A stretch of 46,803 nucleotides of DNA from an uncultured Candidatus Poseidoniales archaeon (GCA_964431435.1 CAYSJV010000003.1:1-46803), one strand, 5' to 3'. Positions 25,559 through 35,748 are shown, counted from the stretch's first letter. Numbers and translations: made by a program. Notes: generated from the sequence alone by a model not told the origin.

Positions 25559-26302
25559 TTAATCCCAAGATTCCGAGGGGGTAAGATATGTGCAAGTGAT
25601 GGCTGGTTTAGCCCAATCAGAAGGAGGGTATCCCTCCCTATCTACACATTCGGAAAAGAAATCAAAATGACGCCGTACTACATTTTCAACTTCATCTGAA
25701 CCCCTAATAGTAGAACCAAATCCAGGAATTATTGAATCTAATTCCAACTGGCTTATTTTTTCATAACTAGAAATTAAATCAATTAAATTTCCAGTAGGTA
25801 AATCCCACCTAGCTGGAAACTGTGCATCAGGAAGTGTACCGCCTGCAACAAGTGTTTTCTTTTCTTGAATATAATATCCAACTGAATCCACACAATATCC
25901 TGGCAATTCGATTGCTTCAACAGTAAGGTCTCCCAATTCCCATTGATCTCCATTTGTAATTGGGTTTGCTAAAGTAGGAGGCATGTCGGAATCAAATCGT
26001 GAAGCCCAAGTTGTGAAAAAGTCACCCGCCCCCAAAGGACCTACTCCTTTTGAATGGATATAAACAGGAATTCCATTGAATTCTTTAGAAATAAAATCCG
26101 CTGCCCCTGAATTATTATACCTTCTACTTGTTAGTAGAATACCATTAATCGCGTTTAGAGACTTTAACTGACTTTTAATTCGTTCCAATTGCAGCAACTG
26201 ATACCAACTTGTGCCTGTATCTACCACCATCGCAGATTTAGTTCCCTCGAGCAAAATGGAATTGCTATCATGGTGTATTCCAGGCATTCTTACAACTCTC
26301 AT
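25559..26302 (-). CDS. Metallo-beta-lactamase-fold protein with degenerate metal-binding motifs
   Basis: ...NSILLEGTKSAMVVDTGTS... and GILLTSRRYNNSGAADF occupy the position of the THxHxDHxGG motif, and ELPGYCVDSVGYY the position of PGHTxG. The fold pattern is kept but the His ligands are replaced. Confidence 0.55.
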   Translation of the reverse strand: MRVVRMPGIHHDSNSILLEGTKSAMVVDTGTSWYQLLQLERIKSQLKSLNAINGILLTSRRYNNSGAADFISKEFNGIPVYIHSKGVGPLGAGDFFTTWASRFDSDMPPTLANPITNGDQWELGDLTVEAIELPGYCVDSVGYYIQEKKTLVAGGTLPDAQFPARWDLPTGNLIDLISSYEKISQLELDSIIPGFGSTIRGSDEVENVVRRHFDFFSECVDREGYPPSDWAKPAITCTYLTPSESWD

Positions 26303-26391
26303 TGCACACACATCTACTCATTCCAAAGCGTCACATCATTTTTCTTTACCGGTTAAATGGGCTCAAACTGAAATCAATACTAAGGTTGTGG

Positions 26392-26399
26392 TTAAATAT
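26392..26399 (+). promoter_or_regulatory. Candidate TATA box for the L40e gene (leaderless or near-leaderless transcript)
   Basis: TTAAATAT is centred about 25 nt upstream of ATG 26420. This is the normal archaeal TATA-to-TSS spacing. No Shine-Dalgarno-like sequence lies in between. Confidence 0.35.
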
Positions 26400-26419
26400 C
26401 GGAAGTGGGTCGCCCGCTC

Positions 26420-26584
26420 ATGGAACGATTTCCTGAAGCTGAAGCTAGGCTAATCGATGTAAAGATTTGCATGAAGTGTAATGCAAGAAATTCTAAGCGT
26501 GCTGCTAAGTGCAGAAAATGTGGTAATAAAGGATTAAGGGCAAAGAACTCTTATGACAAATATAGGCGTGCTGGAGCAGTTTAA
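26420..26584 (+). CDS. rpl40e: 50S ribosomal protein L40e
   Basis: This 54-aa ORF is not in the supplied track: [54 protein letters not shown]. It has the conserved RFPEAEAR start and the C-x2-C-x11-C-x2-C zinc knuckle of archaeal L40e. Confidence 0.88.
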   Translation: MERFPEAEARLIDVKICMKCNARNSKRAAKCRKCGNKGLRAKNSYDKYRRAGAV

Positions 26585-26589
26585 TTAAT

Positions 26590-26856
26590 CTAAATTTGAG
26601 TTAATAATCTCTCAAGTTCAGTAGTTATCATTAGAATTAATGGACAAAATTCAGGTGGTATATTTGGATCTTCAAAAAGTTCCTCAAGTTTATTTTGTGT
26701 CATTGCAATTCTAACATCCATCGATTTACCCTTATTCAGCAACCACTCATCGATAGAGTCCTTAGCACCTTTACGTATATTCCGAGGTACCTTTGGATCA
26801 TCCAATTGTGTGATTACTGTCGCGACTTGCTGCAATCTTAACTCGACATCCGCCAT
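26590..26856 (-). CDS. UPF0147 family protein
   Basis: MADVELRLQQVATVITQLDDPKVPRNIRKGAKDSI...EDPNIPPE... matches the archaeal UPF0147 pattern (D.sVPRNIRraA ... eDPNmP). The start is at ATG 26856, not the longer listed ORF. Confidence 0.8.
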   Translation of the reverse strand: MADVELRLQQVATVITQLDDPKVPRNIRKGAKDSIDEWLLNKGKSMDVRIAMTQNKLEELFEDPNIPPEFCPLILMITTELERLLTQI

Positions 26857-26938
26857 ACAAATTACCTCCAAACACCATCTGCGACATGCCCTGATGTGGT
26901 GTCTCATTTAATACAATTGCCGGTATAGGGGCACCACG

Positions 26939-27943
26939 ATGATAGAAACACTAGCGATTGTTGGCTGGCTAAGATATGCAGTACTAGTTGCATGCCTTTC
27001 TGGTGCGGCTTGGTTTGATTATAAGTCAAGAAGAGTTGCAAATGATTACTGGATTTCATGGTCAAAGCCAGCCATATTTCTATGGTTTGTTGAATTATTA
27101 GTTCAAGGGGCAGATTGGATTATTTTGCTTTCTGCAATTGCAATGATTGCATATGCAAGTCAGTCAGTAATAGGTAGACCGGCCATTAAAGATTTGAAAC
27201 AAGGTAAATACGCAGATTGGATTGTGAGTATATTCTATCTGTTAGGTGTACTGGGAATAGGATATGGGGCATACACATATGGGGAGATATTACTAATTGA
27301 TATTGGGATTATTGATTCAAACTATCTAATTCTATCAAATGAAAGCGAAGTTGCAAAGTTGTGGGGTACTACGATTGTAGTGGGATTAATGATATTCATA
27401 TTCGACATGGCATGGAGGTTCAGATTAATCCACGGTGGAGCGGATGCTAAAGCACTTATGCTAATTGCGATATTAATTCCCAACTGGTCTACTTTTTCTT
27501 CGATATACGGAATCAATTTCACACCACCTGCACTATCTTTGTTACTATGGGGTGGAGTAATATTTTTGTTACTGCCACTCATTCTAATTTTCAAAAACAT
27601 AAAACATGGAAATATTGAGTCAATTAATGACTTAAAGATGATATGGCATGCTGAAAGAATGCAATTACAAAATATTGAAAATTCACATGTATGGATACTG
27701 GATACTATAGTGGAAAACCCTGATGGGGTAAATAGCATAAAAACCAGTACCAGACCTCCTCGAAAATCAAGAGACAAAAATGAACAACAACAATTGATAA
27801 AAGAATTGGAAGAAATGGGAAGAGAATGGGCGTGGGTTACTCACAAGTACCCACTGCTTACATTCTTATTGCCTGCAGTGTTACCATTAGCTATTTTTGG
27901 AGATCCAGTCTATTGGATCATGAATTTATTCGGTCTCATCTAA
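26939..27943 (+). CDS. A24-family aspartic peptidase (archaeal prepilin/preflagellin peptidase-like)
   Basis: A multi-TM protein with the first catalytic Asp context AAWFDYKSRRV and the second in IHGGADAKALMLIAIL (GxxDxK motif). It has a charged C-terminal loop domain. Confidence 0.75.
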   Translation: MIETLAIVGWLRYAVLVACLSGAAWFDYKSRRVANDYWISWSKPAIFLWFVELLVQGADWIILLSAIAMIAYASQSVIGRPAIKDLKQGKYADWIVSIFYLLGVLGIGYGAYTYGEILLIDIGIIDSNYLILSNESEVAKLWGTTIVVGLMIFIFDMAWRFRLIHGGADAKALMLIAILIPNWSTFSSIYGINFTPPALSLLLWGGVIFLLLPLILIFKNIKHGNIESINDLKMIWHAERMQLQNIENSHVWILDTIVENPDGVNSIKTSTRPPRKSRDKNEQQQLIKELEEMGREWAWVTHKYPLLTFLLPAVLPLAIFGDPVYWIMNLFGLI

Positions 27944-29260
27944 TTCAGTATGCCACGCTTTGCTGAATCTAAATATACAGAATCCGATCAAAGCAAATAT
28001 TCCGCACAACCTAAATGCTGTATGGTAATCAAAAATATCCGTTCTATCTACTGTAAGGTCCCAAACTATTCCACCTAGTAAAACACCTACGATACTAGAC
28101 ATTGCCCTCAAACTCTCTGCTACGCCCATCACCATTCCCAATTCACCTCTTCCTGAATAACGTGCTAAGAGTGTTGCTCTACTAGGTGCGGCAATACCAT
28201 TTCCAAACGCTACAAACCCAGTAACTGTAATTAATCCAACCCAAGCAACATCTGCTGTAACATAAGGGATACTAGATAGACCTAAACCCGCCAAGATAAT
28301 GCCCACACCAAGTAAATTTGTACTTCCGAATTTTTTAGTCAAAGGTCCAATTAGTCCCCCTTGAGTAATTGCACCAATTAATCCAATGCTGACAAAAATT
28401 GTTCCATTTTGAGCTGCATTAAACCCCAAACCCCCATCTGAGCTAGGCATCATTGTAAACAAAATAAAGGTGGCATGCATAATAGTAAACCCTACCCAAA
28501 AGAATGTGAAAGACCACAATAATGGTGAAACTATTGGTCTTTTCAACATAACTAATACATCTTTGAAATTATTATTTAGTGTTTGAATTAAACCAATTCT
28601 ATCTTTCTTTTTATCGGAAATTTGTGCGCTTTCTTCCAATATTCGCCATGCAAGAATAAATGAAAATAAGGAGAGTGAAGATGCTACTACGCATGGTAGC
28701 AGGTAAGGGTGTGAATCAAAAATTGTATCTTCAAAAATCGAAGTCCATTTCCATTCTGCGGGTTCTGAAAGCCATCCACCAATAGCCGGCCCTATTGTGA
28801 AACCCAAACCGAAGGCGGCACCAAGTATCCCCATCCTACTTGGAATTTCTTCGGGGGTAGATATGTCGGCTACATACGCCCTAGTTACTGCAACATTGGC
28901 ATTGAAAAGACCTGTTAAAAATCTAGCAATTAGGGCAAACCAGAGCGTGTTCGCAATTCCAAACAAAACAAAAAAAGCAGTATTCCCTGCTAATCCTATC
29001 ATAAGAACTGGCCTTCTTCCAATTCGATCAGATAATCCACCCCACATTGGTGAAAATAGAAACTGTGCAATTGCATATGCTGCCATTATTACTGCAACCC
29101 AAATACCCAAACTTTGTTCTGGGTTCGCTAAATCCTTTACCTGAAATGTCAAAAAAGGTATTATCATTGTAAACCCAATCATGTCAACAACCAAGACAAG
29201 AAACAATACCACCATCGGGTTTACTGAGTTTCCTTTAACGGAGGTACTATCCTGATTCAT
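27926..29260 (-). CDS. MFS transporter (DHA1/tetracycline-resistance-like)
   Basis: It has 12 predicted helices and the MFS motif A GGLSDRIGRRPVLMIGL between TM2 and TM3. Its 3' end overlaps the convergent A24 peptidase gene by 18 nt. Confidence 0.85.
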   Translation of the reverse strand: MNQDSTSVKGNSVNPMVVLFLVLVVDMIGFTMIIPFLTFQVKDLANPEQSLGIWVAVIMAAYAIAQFLFSPMWGGLSDRIGRRPVLMIGLAGNTAFFVLFGIANTLWFALIARFLTGLFNANVAVTRAYVADISTPEEIPSRMGILGAAFGLGFTIGPAIGGWLSEPAEWKWTSIFEDTIFDSHPYLLPCVVASSLSLFSFILAWRILEESAQISDKKKDRIGLIQTLNNNFKDVLVMLKRPIVSPLLWSFTFFWVGFTIMHATFILFTMMPSSDGGLGFNAAQNGTIFVSIGLIGAITQGGLIGPLTKKFGSTNLLGVGIILAGLGLSSIPYVTADVAWVGLITVTGFVAFGNGIAAPSRATLLARYSGRGELGMVMGVAESLRAMSSIVGVLLGGIVWDLTVDRTDIFDYHTAFRLCGIFALIGFCIFRFSKAWHTELDETE

Positions 29261-29292
29261 AATCAGTCCCTCTCAAAACACATTTAAAATGC

Positions 29293-31260
29293 TTAACTTG
29301 AGGGTTGAGTACTTTTACTAGTTTCCGGGGTTAATACATCGATTACACTACCAAGTCGTTCTACCAAGCTAACCTTATTTTCAGAAGTAATTAATGCTGA
29401 ATCTATTACTTCATCGAGAGTACTTACTGGTATAACTTCAACTTGGTCCTTCCACAAATCATCAATTAAGACATCCTTTGCATTTGCCTTTGGTATAATG
29501 ACTCTTTTCACTCCACTCTTTGCAGCAGCCTCAATCTTTGCAGTAACTCCGCCTATCGGTAACACTTCACCCCTTACTGAAAGACTACCTGTCATAGCCA
29601 AATTTTGATCAATAGGTATGTTTTCTAAAGCACTTATTACTGCGGTTGCTATTGTAATGCTAGCACTATCTCCGTCTACTCCATGTGTGTCTACAAATTG
29701 AATATGAATGTCATAATCTGAAACGTCCTTTCCAGTTAATTTCTTAATTACTGCTGATACATTTGTAACCGATTCTTTTGCTAAATCTGAGAGGCCGCCT
29801 GTAGCATAAACTTTACCTCCTGAACTCTGAGATGGTGTGACTAGAGCTTCTACAGGTAACATCAAACCACTATAATCAGACAAACCTGAATCTGCACCTA
29901 ATACCGCCAATCCATTTACCCTACCAACTCGATTACCTCTATTTACTAATAACGAATATTCCTGTCTCCGTTCTATCATCCGATCTGCCACTTGTTGCTC
30001 TAGTGGCTTAGCGATATTTCTTGCAGAAAGGACATGTTTAGATGTTGTAAGTTCAGCATCTTCTTCATGTGCTAAATCTCCTGATATCCTAACCAAACCG
30101 CCTAATTCTCTTAATCGCAATGAAAGTCTTCCACGTCTACCTGCTCTTCTTTGAGCTTCCCTAAGTACTGACGAAATAGCAGAACGATCAAAATGTGGTA
30201 TTGAGCGATTAAGTTCCGATTCCCGATTGATTTCTTGAGCGACGAATCGGATTAATCGCCTACGATTTTTTGCAGTATCTTTCATATCTGTGTTGACATA
30301 CACCTCATAGCCATATCCACGAATTCTACTTCTTAGTGCAGGATGCATTCCTTGTATTGCATCCAAATTACCTGCTGCAATCAAAACAAAATCACATGGT
30401 ACTGCTTCGGTCTTTGTTAGAGCACCTGAAGAACGTTCACTACGTCCACTTATTGGGAAGGCTCTTTCTTGCATTGCTGTAAGAAGTGCTTGTTGTTCTT
30501 CAAGACGTAATAAATTTATTTCATCTATGAAAAGAACACCTCCGTGCGCCTTGTGAATTGCTCCAGCTTCTACACGTTCATGTGCAGGTGTCTCCATTCC
30601 TCCTGATTGAAAGGGATCATGGCGAACATCACCCAATAAACTTCCCGCAAGTGTTGCTGTTGCATCTACAAAAGGGGGCTTAGAATCATAATCTCTCTTA
30701 ACCAATATTTTGGGTATTTTATTTTCATCACTTGATGTCAATCTACTTCGAATAAACATATAACCAAATCCTAGAAGTAACATTCCAAAAATTAAAGTTA
30801 TTATTTGTCCACTTTGTATTGCTGCTACAGCCAAAACAAAACCAATAAGAACTACTGCTATCAATAGAGTTCTATTTGTTTTGTCTCTTTGAACCTTTAC
30901 TTGTTCTCTTAGTTGTTTTACAATCCTATCTCCTCTGCCAGCAGGTACTGCCCGAACACGTGGTTCGTTTTCATCATCCTCATTGGGATAACATAACACA
31001 TCTTCTAACTCATCAGGAGGTAATAATTCAGTCATCGCCCTGGCTAACATTGATTTGCCAGTACCTGGATCTCCAATCATCATAACGTGTCTTCTCTGTT
31101 CTGCTGCTTTTTTTACTACGATTGATGCTTCTTCTTGACCGATAACCTGGTCTACAATATTTTCTGGAACTGGAACATCCATTGTACTGGTAAATTCTAC
31201 AGAATCTAACCACTCATCGACAGGGGTATCGATTATTGGGTCATCATCAGAATCTGCCAT
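29293..31260 (-). CDS. lonB: Archaeal membrane-bound ATP-dependent Lon protease (LonB)
   Basis: Walker A reads MMIGDPGTGKSM. Two TM helices are inserted in the AAA+ domain (LLIAVVLIGFVLAVAAI...LIFGMLLLGFGYMFI). Walker B is VLFIDEIN. The protease domain has GVDGDSASITIA (catalytic Ser) and GGVTAKIEAA (Lys). Confidence 0.93.
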   Translation of the reverse strand: MADSDDDPIIDTPVDEWLDSVEFTSTMDVPVPENIVDQVIGQEEASIVVKKAAEQRRHVMMIGDPGTGKSMLARAMTELLPPDELEDVLCYPNEDDENEPRVRAVPAGRGDRIVKQLREQVKVQRDKTNRTLLIAVVLIGFVLAVAAIQSGQIITLIFGMLLLGFGYMFIRSRLTSSDENKIPKILVKRDYDSKPPFVDATATLAGSLLGDVRHDPFQSGGMETPAHERVEAGAIHKAHGGVLFIDEINLLRLEEQQALLTAMQERAFPISGRSERSSGALTKTEAVPCDFVLIAAGNLDAIQGMHPALRSRIRGYGYEVYVNTDMKDTAKNRRRLIRFVAQEINRESELNRSIPHFDRSAISSVLREAQRRAGRRGRLSLRLRELGGLVRISGDLAHEEDAELTTSKHVLSARNIAKPLEQQVADRMIERRQEYSLLVNRGNRVGRVNGLAVLGADSGLSDYSGLMLPVEALVTPSQSSGGKVYATGGLSDLAKESVTNVSAVIKKLTGKDVSDYDIHIQFVDTHGVDGDSASITIATAVISALENIPIDQNLAMTGSLSVRGEVLPIGGVTAKIEAAAKSGVKRVIIPKANAKDVLIDDLWKDQVEVIPVSTLDEVIDSALITSENKVSLVERLGSVIDVLTPETSKSTQPSS

Positions 31261-31307
31261 GACTTTCCCCCCTTGCGTGAGTCGCAGATAGTATTAAATT
31301 CACCACT

Positions 31308-34300
31308 TTAATTCAGGCCTTTCTCAGTTAGATATTGTTGTCCGTAAACCTGCCATTGCTCCATTGTCCATCCTGGAGGAATGCCTCCTGGTGGGATTGG
31401 TGGGGCGCCGCCTGGTACTGCAGCAGGTGCCACAGGAGCAGCTGTGGGTTGTATAGGTGCCTGGAATATATCCGAAGCGCCACCATACATTGAATTGGCA
31501 ACTGGGTCCATGGCAGGTACCTGCGCACCCCAGTCTACTAGACCGTCATTTCTCCCACTTCTTCTGCTAGTGACAAAAGCCACTACAATTACTAACACTA
31601 AGATTCCGCCTAATGCTGCAAGAACTAGCAACAGAGTATTATCTGAAAACATACCATCTGAAGAGCCACTAACATCTGCACCTGGGCATGTTTTCTCGTC
31701 CATTGCACAGTTAACTTCCTCTATGTTCTTAGAAACCAAATCAATTTCTGATTGTTTTTCTGCTTTTGCATCACTACCGGCTTCGAGAGCATTTAATTCG
31801 GATTCCAATAGAATCAAACTTGCTGCTAATTCAGTCATCTTTTGTTGTAACTGCTCATCAGTCATCTCATCAAGTGGAATATCCTGTGGTGGGTATTCTG
31901 TAATCTCCCATTTGTAATATGAATCCATCTTCCTATCTGTTCCATCTGAATCTATTCCATCCAATGACACCTTCAACTCATAATTGTATAGTAGAATCGG
32001 AGCATCAGCAAATACAACCGTAATTGACCAAGGTCCTTGACCGTCTGCGAGTGTGCTTGGCATGTTATACAAACAAATTCCAGTAGTCATATCACACATT
32101 TGCCAATCTGCAGCGAGATCTTGCAAACCAATATCGCTATGCAATGTAAAAGTCACGGTAGGTGCAAGACCTGCATACATATCTTCCCATTCCATTAGAA
32201 CATCACCTGTTTCTGAAGCTGATGTTACCAATACAAGTGGTAACTCTGAAAATACACTAACTGTAAATGAAAATACATCTGTAGCATCATGCCGATCTCT
32301 AGTAGTTACACTAACAATGTGATCTCCTGCTGTCTCAAAGTCAAGTGTTAGTTCTCCTGTCACTGGGTTCCAATCCACAGCACTTGGCTCATCAGCCATA
32401 ACTGAACTGTAAAACCTAGCCTCAGAATCATCATCATCTACATCTGTTATTCTTGAACCGAATTCAAAATCACATAAATCTGCATTCGAACAAAATTGTA
32501 TAGGCTCACCTAACATTGTTTCCAAATTCTCAATTCCTGTTAAATCAAGTCTTGGCGCATCGTTGACATTATTCACACTAACTGTAAGTATAGTATCACT
32601 CTCTTGTATACCATCACTTGCCCTCAAAGTAATCATTGCCAAACCCACATCATCATCATTAACCGGTTCAATATTGAGAGTAAAGCCACTCAATGTTGCC
32701 GCAACAATTGGGCTCTCATCTGATGTTCCAACACCAGGTATAGTTTCTATACCAACTACTTCTAAAGTTAATCCTGAAATATCATCTACCACATTTCCTT
32801 GCTGGTCGGTATCACTAAGATATTGCATTAATGGAAGTGAAAGCCCCATTCCGCCTTCATTGAGAGATTGAGTAGGTATTGCATCCCAACGTGGCATTCC
32901 ATTCTCAATAACCCAGAAGTAAAGTGTATCAGTAGTTATTTTGTCACCATCTGAAACTGAAATTGATACCGATTTTGCAATGGGTATACCATTAGAACCC
33001 AAAGGAATCTGTGTAAATCTGACTTCCACATTTTGAGTATCAGGATGCCATGAGAAACAAGCATCTTCAGAATTTGCAGCGCATTCGGGCATATTTGATG
33101 TTACATCTAATTGCGAGAGGGGGGTTTCAGGATCGGAAATATGATCGACCATACTAACCATCTCATTTGTATCAACCCTTACAGACTCATATGGATCTGC
33201 AGTAACTACTGGTGCAGCATTTAGAAGATTAAATGCACTTTCTTCGATTTGCCAATCACTGATTTGTCCTCTTGAATCAGCAAATGATAATGCAATATCA
33301 TAGGTACCTGCTGATGCATCAATAGGTGGAGTTACAGAGAACTCATATCTTTCATTACTGGTTCCTTCCCCGAAAAGTACGTCTCCATCAGTTACCCAAT
33401 CCTCTGACCAAGCATTTTCTCCGTGCTTTGAAATTTTCAGAGTAGGTGTAACTGTTGACATAGTATCAATTCCATCATTAGGCTGTATCTTTGCCTCAAC
33501 CATGCGGCTTGAACCACGTTCTACATCAGGGCTACCTACGACAAATGGGCTCTTTGATTCAGGTACCATATCATGTAATATCTGCACCATTTGGTTACTA
33601 TTCATTGAAGGTGGTCCTTCAACTCTGACAACAAACTGTACATCCCATGCATCTGATGGAAGTGAAGTTGTATCAAAAGATGCCTGAGCAGATTTGCTTG
33701 CACCAACTACCAAGTTAGTGATTGCAGCAGATCCAAACTCAACTTCAGATAATCCTTGAATACGGTAGAATTTAAGATATCCTCCGTCCGAGTAATCCTC
33801 AATACCATTGTTTGTAATCGATGCATCAATAGTGATTACATCTCCATTCACATATCCTGGCAAACCTGCACTGTTGCTATTGCTAACACTTACTGGTCCG
33901 TCTAAACTTACATCTAACAATGAACCCATAGAGGAATCGGTTGCTGTCAATGTATGCTCATTACTTGCACCCGTACTTGGTGCACCAACCATCAATGCTG
34001 CTACTGCCAATGCATTAGCTGCGCCACCACTAACCAAACTTGCTGGAACTGACCAAGAATAACTTGTCCAACTTGATGAACTTAAACTCACAGATTCGAA
34101 TGAGTTACCAGTACCTCCTGTTGCGGATTTGTATGTTCCACTGCTTGTTAACCATGATTTCCAGCAGTGGTGTCCTTTAGAACCATCAGCATAAACGTAT
34201 GAATTACAAGTATCTTCAGTTAAAGCTGCATATAGGTAAACGTTTGACGGAGGAGTTCCTGAACCAATATATTTGGCTGCAACAGAAATATCGATATAAT

Positions 34301-34814
34301 TTCCATTTGCATTAACTTGTGATATCAAACCGTATTTTCCAACTGTAGATGCGCTCATTCCGCCACCACTGTTGAACATTGAATCATAGCAAGTGTTACT
34401 TCCACATCCACCGGCATTCTTGTCTAAACGATCTCCCCAATTGCTATCTGGTGCGCCACTAGAGCTCCATGGCCAATTGTAAACATTCACATTACCAGCC
34501 CTAGCAGTGTCGGTATCACCATAAGATACTGACTGATATGCAATATACACCATTCTATCTGGCCAATCTGTTTTTAATTTGGAAAGTGCTGGTGAACCAT
34601 ATTGGTAGCAAAATCCACAGTTATCTGAAGTGATATACTGTGCAAAAACCACGTGACCGGGGTCACTTGCACCCATTGTTTGTGGAATCTCTTCAAGTTC
34701 CACTTTGTCTTCTTCAGGAGATTCCTGAATTGCGCTCATGATTGAGCCAAATGCTGAAACAGACATCAAAAACACAATCATTACCGAAACATACGCTCTG
34801 CTGTTCATATTCAT
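31308..34814 (-). CDS. Giant type-I membrane surface protein: signal peptide, CGFC thioredoxin-like module, cadherin/Ig-like repeats, coiled coil, C-terminal TM anchor, Pro-rich cytoplasmic tail
   Basis: An N-terminal signal peptide (VMIVFLMSVSAFGS) is followed by CGFC at nt 34608-34619. VSVNNVNDAPRLD is typical of cadherin-like domains. The TM helix LLLVLAALGGILVLVIVVAFV is followed by RRSGRN and a PxxP-rich tail. Confidence 0.7.
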   Translation of the reverse strand: MNMNSRAYVSVMIVFLMSVSAFGSIMSAIQESPEEDKVELEEIPQTMGASDPGHVVFAQYITSDNCGFCYQYGSPALSKLKTDWPDRMVYIAYQSVSYGDTDTARAGNVNVYNWPWSSSGAPDSNWGDRLDKNAGGCGSNTCYDSMFNSGGGMSASTVGKYGLISQVNANGNYIDISVAAKYIGSGTPPSNVYLYAALTEDTCNSYVYADGSKGHHCWKSWLTSSGTYKSATGGTGNSFESVSLSSSSWTSYSWSVPASLVSGGAANALAVAALMVGAPSTGASNEHTLTATDSSMGSLLDVSLDGPVSVSNSNSAGLPGYVNGDVITIDASITNNGIEDYSDGGYLKFYRIQGLSEVEFGSAAITNLVVGASKSAQASFDTTSLPSDAWDVQFVVRVEGPPSMNSNQMVQILHDMVPESKSPFVVGSPDVERGSSRMVEAKIQPNDGIDTMSTVTPTLKISKHGENAWSEDWVTDGDVLFGEGTSNERYEFSVTPPIDASAGTYDIALSFADSRGQISDWQIEESAFNLLNAAPVVTADPYESVRVDTNEMVSMVDHISDPETPLSQLDVTSNMPECAANSEDACFSWHPDTQNVEVRFTQIPLGSNGIPIAKSVSISVSDGDKITTDTLYFWVIENGMPRWDAIPTQSLNEGGMGLSLPLMQYLSDTDQQGNVVDDISGLTLEVVGIETIPGVGTSDESPIVAATLSGFTLNIEPVNDDDVGLAMITLRASDGIQESDTILTVSVNNVNDAPRLDLTGIENLETMLGEPIQFCSNADLCDFEFGSRITDVDDDDSEARFYSSVMADEPSAVDWNPVTGELTLDFETAGDHIVSVTTRDRHDATDVFSFTVSVFSELPLVLVTSASETGDVLMEWEDMYAGLAPTVTFTLHSDIGLQDLAADWQMCDMTTGICLYNMPSTLADGQGPWSITVVFADAPILLYNYELKVSLDGIDSDGTDRKMDSYYKWEITEYPPQDIPLDEMTDEQLQQKMTELAASLILLESELNALEAGSDAKAEKQSEIDLVSKNIEEVNCAMDEKTCPGADVSGSSDGMFSDNTLLLVLAALGGILVLVIVVAFVTSRRSGRNDGLVDWGAQVPAMDPVANSMYGGASDIFQAPIQPTAAPVAPAAVPGGAPPIPPGGIPPGWTMEQWQVYGQQYLTEKGLN

Positions 34815-34944
34815 CCCTCACACTGATAAGTGATAACCATTGTGTATAGATGTCAGACTACGTCTGAGTAGTATTCGTTCAAATATACATCAATATTGTC
34901 AATAAACCCAACACTGAATTAGGACAAACGATTCGCATAGTTTA

Positions 34945-35748
34945 ATGGACAAACCAAGTGAGAATATGCTTGTATCCTTGAGGGAAGAAAATGGAAACAT
35001 ATACTTGGTAAAAATTGTTGACACTAGCATCAAAGTCAAAGGACTTGGTGTTTTTAATCCAAAACGAATTTTGGAGAATGTTGCATTTGGAGAAGAAGTA
35101 ATGATTGGAAGCAAATGTATCACTGCTCTACCTTGTAGAACTCCCGAATTAGCCAAAGGCATGGAAAGAAGAGCACAAATCATTCAACCAAAAGATGCAG
35201 GTACTTTGATTGCGAAGATGGGAATTGGATCATCTTCCAAAGTACTTGAGGCGGGGTTGGGTTCCGCAGCCCTAGCCATGCAAATTTCGAGTGTTTTAAG
35301 TGAAAGGGGAATACATGTAACTGTGGAAGAAAAGGAGGTGCATTCAGAAGTTGGGTTAAGAAATATGGCTAAACAAAGAAGCGTAGCGACCAATCCTCCA
35401 CAACACCACCATATAACTGGAAAAATAGAAGATTCGGTAAAGGAAATCACAAATATTTCTAATGTTTTTGATGCAATTATTCTTGACATACCAGACCATC
35501 CAATTGCGATTAAGGCTGTTGCTAAATTACTTGAAATTGGAGGTAGATTAGCCTGTTATTGCCCGGTTTCTAGCCAAGTAGAACTAGCATGGGATGCTTG
35601 TGAAGAAGAAGGACTAGAAATTGAATGGGCTGGAGAATTAATTGAACGCACTTGGGGTAGAGCCTCAAAAGGTGGTATTCGCCCAGTGAATGGACCATTT
35701 GGACATACTGCGTTTCTTCTTATAGCTACAAAATTTAAATCAGATTAA
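34945..35748 (+). CDS. trmI: tRNA (adenine-N1)-methyltransferase TrmI (Gcd14 family)
   Basis: RRAQIIQPKDAGTLIAKMGIGSSSKVLEAGLGSAALAMQIS (SAM motif I) and DAIILDIPDH...GGRLACYCP fit the m1A57/58 methyltransferase architecture. Confidence 0.85.
   Translation: MDKPSENMLVSLREENGNIYLVKIVDTSIKVKGLGVFNPKRILENVAFGEEVMIGSKCITALPCRTPELAKGMERRAQIIQPKDAGTLIAKMGIGSSSKVLEAGLGSAALAMQISSVLSERGIHVTVEEKEVHSEVGLRNMAKQRSVATNPPQHHHITGKIEDSVKEITNISNVFDAIILDIPDHPIAIKAVAKLLEIGGRLACYCPVSSQVELAWDACEEEGLEIEWAGELIERTWGRASKGGIRPVNGPFGHTAFLLIATKFKSD

Noticed and set aside
31381-31917. Long antisense or alternate-frame ORFs lie inside bona fide genes. Examples are 31381..31917, 6143..6553, 12979..13359, 21601..22101, 27322..27777, 39567..40034, 45259..45720, 15691..16023, 20800..21057 and 43313..43768.
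   Set aside because: They are shadow ORFs on the opposite strand or in another frame of genes with strong family signatures. Their translations are low-complexity or Ser/Ile/Leu-rich with no recognisable motifs.
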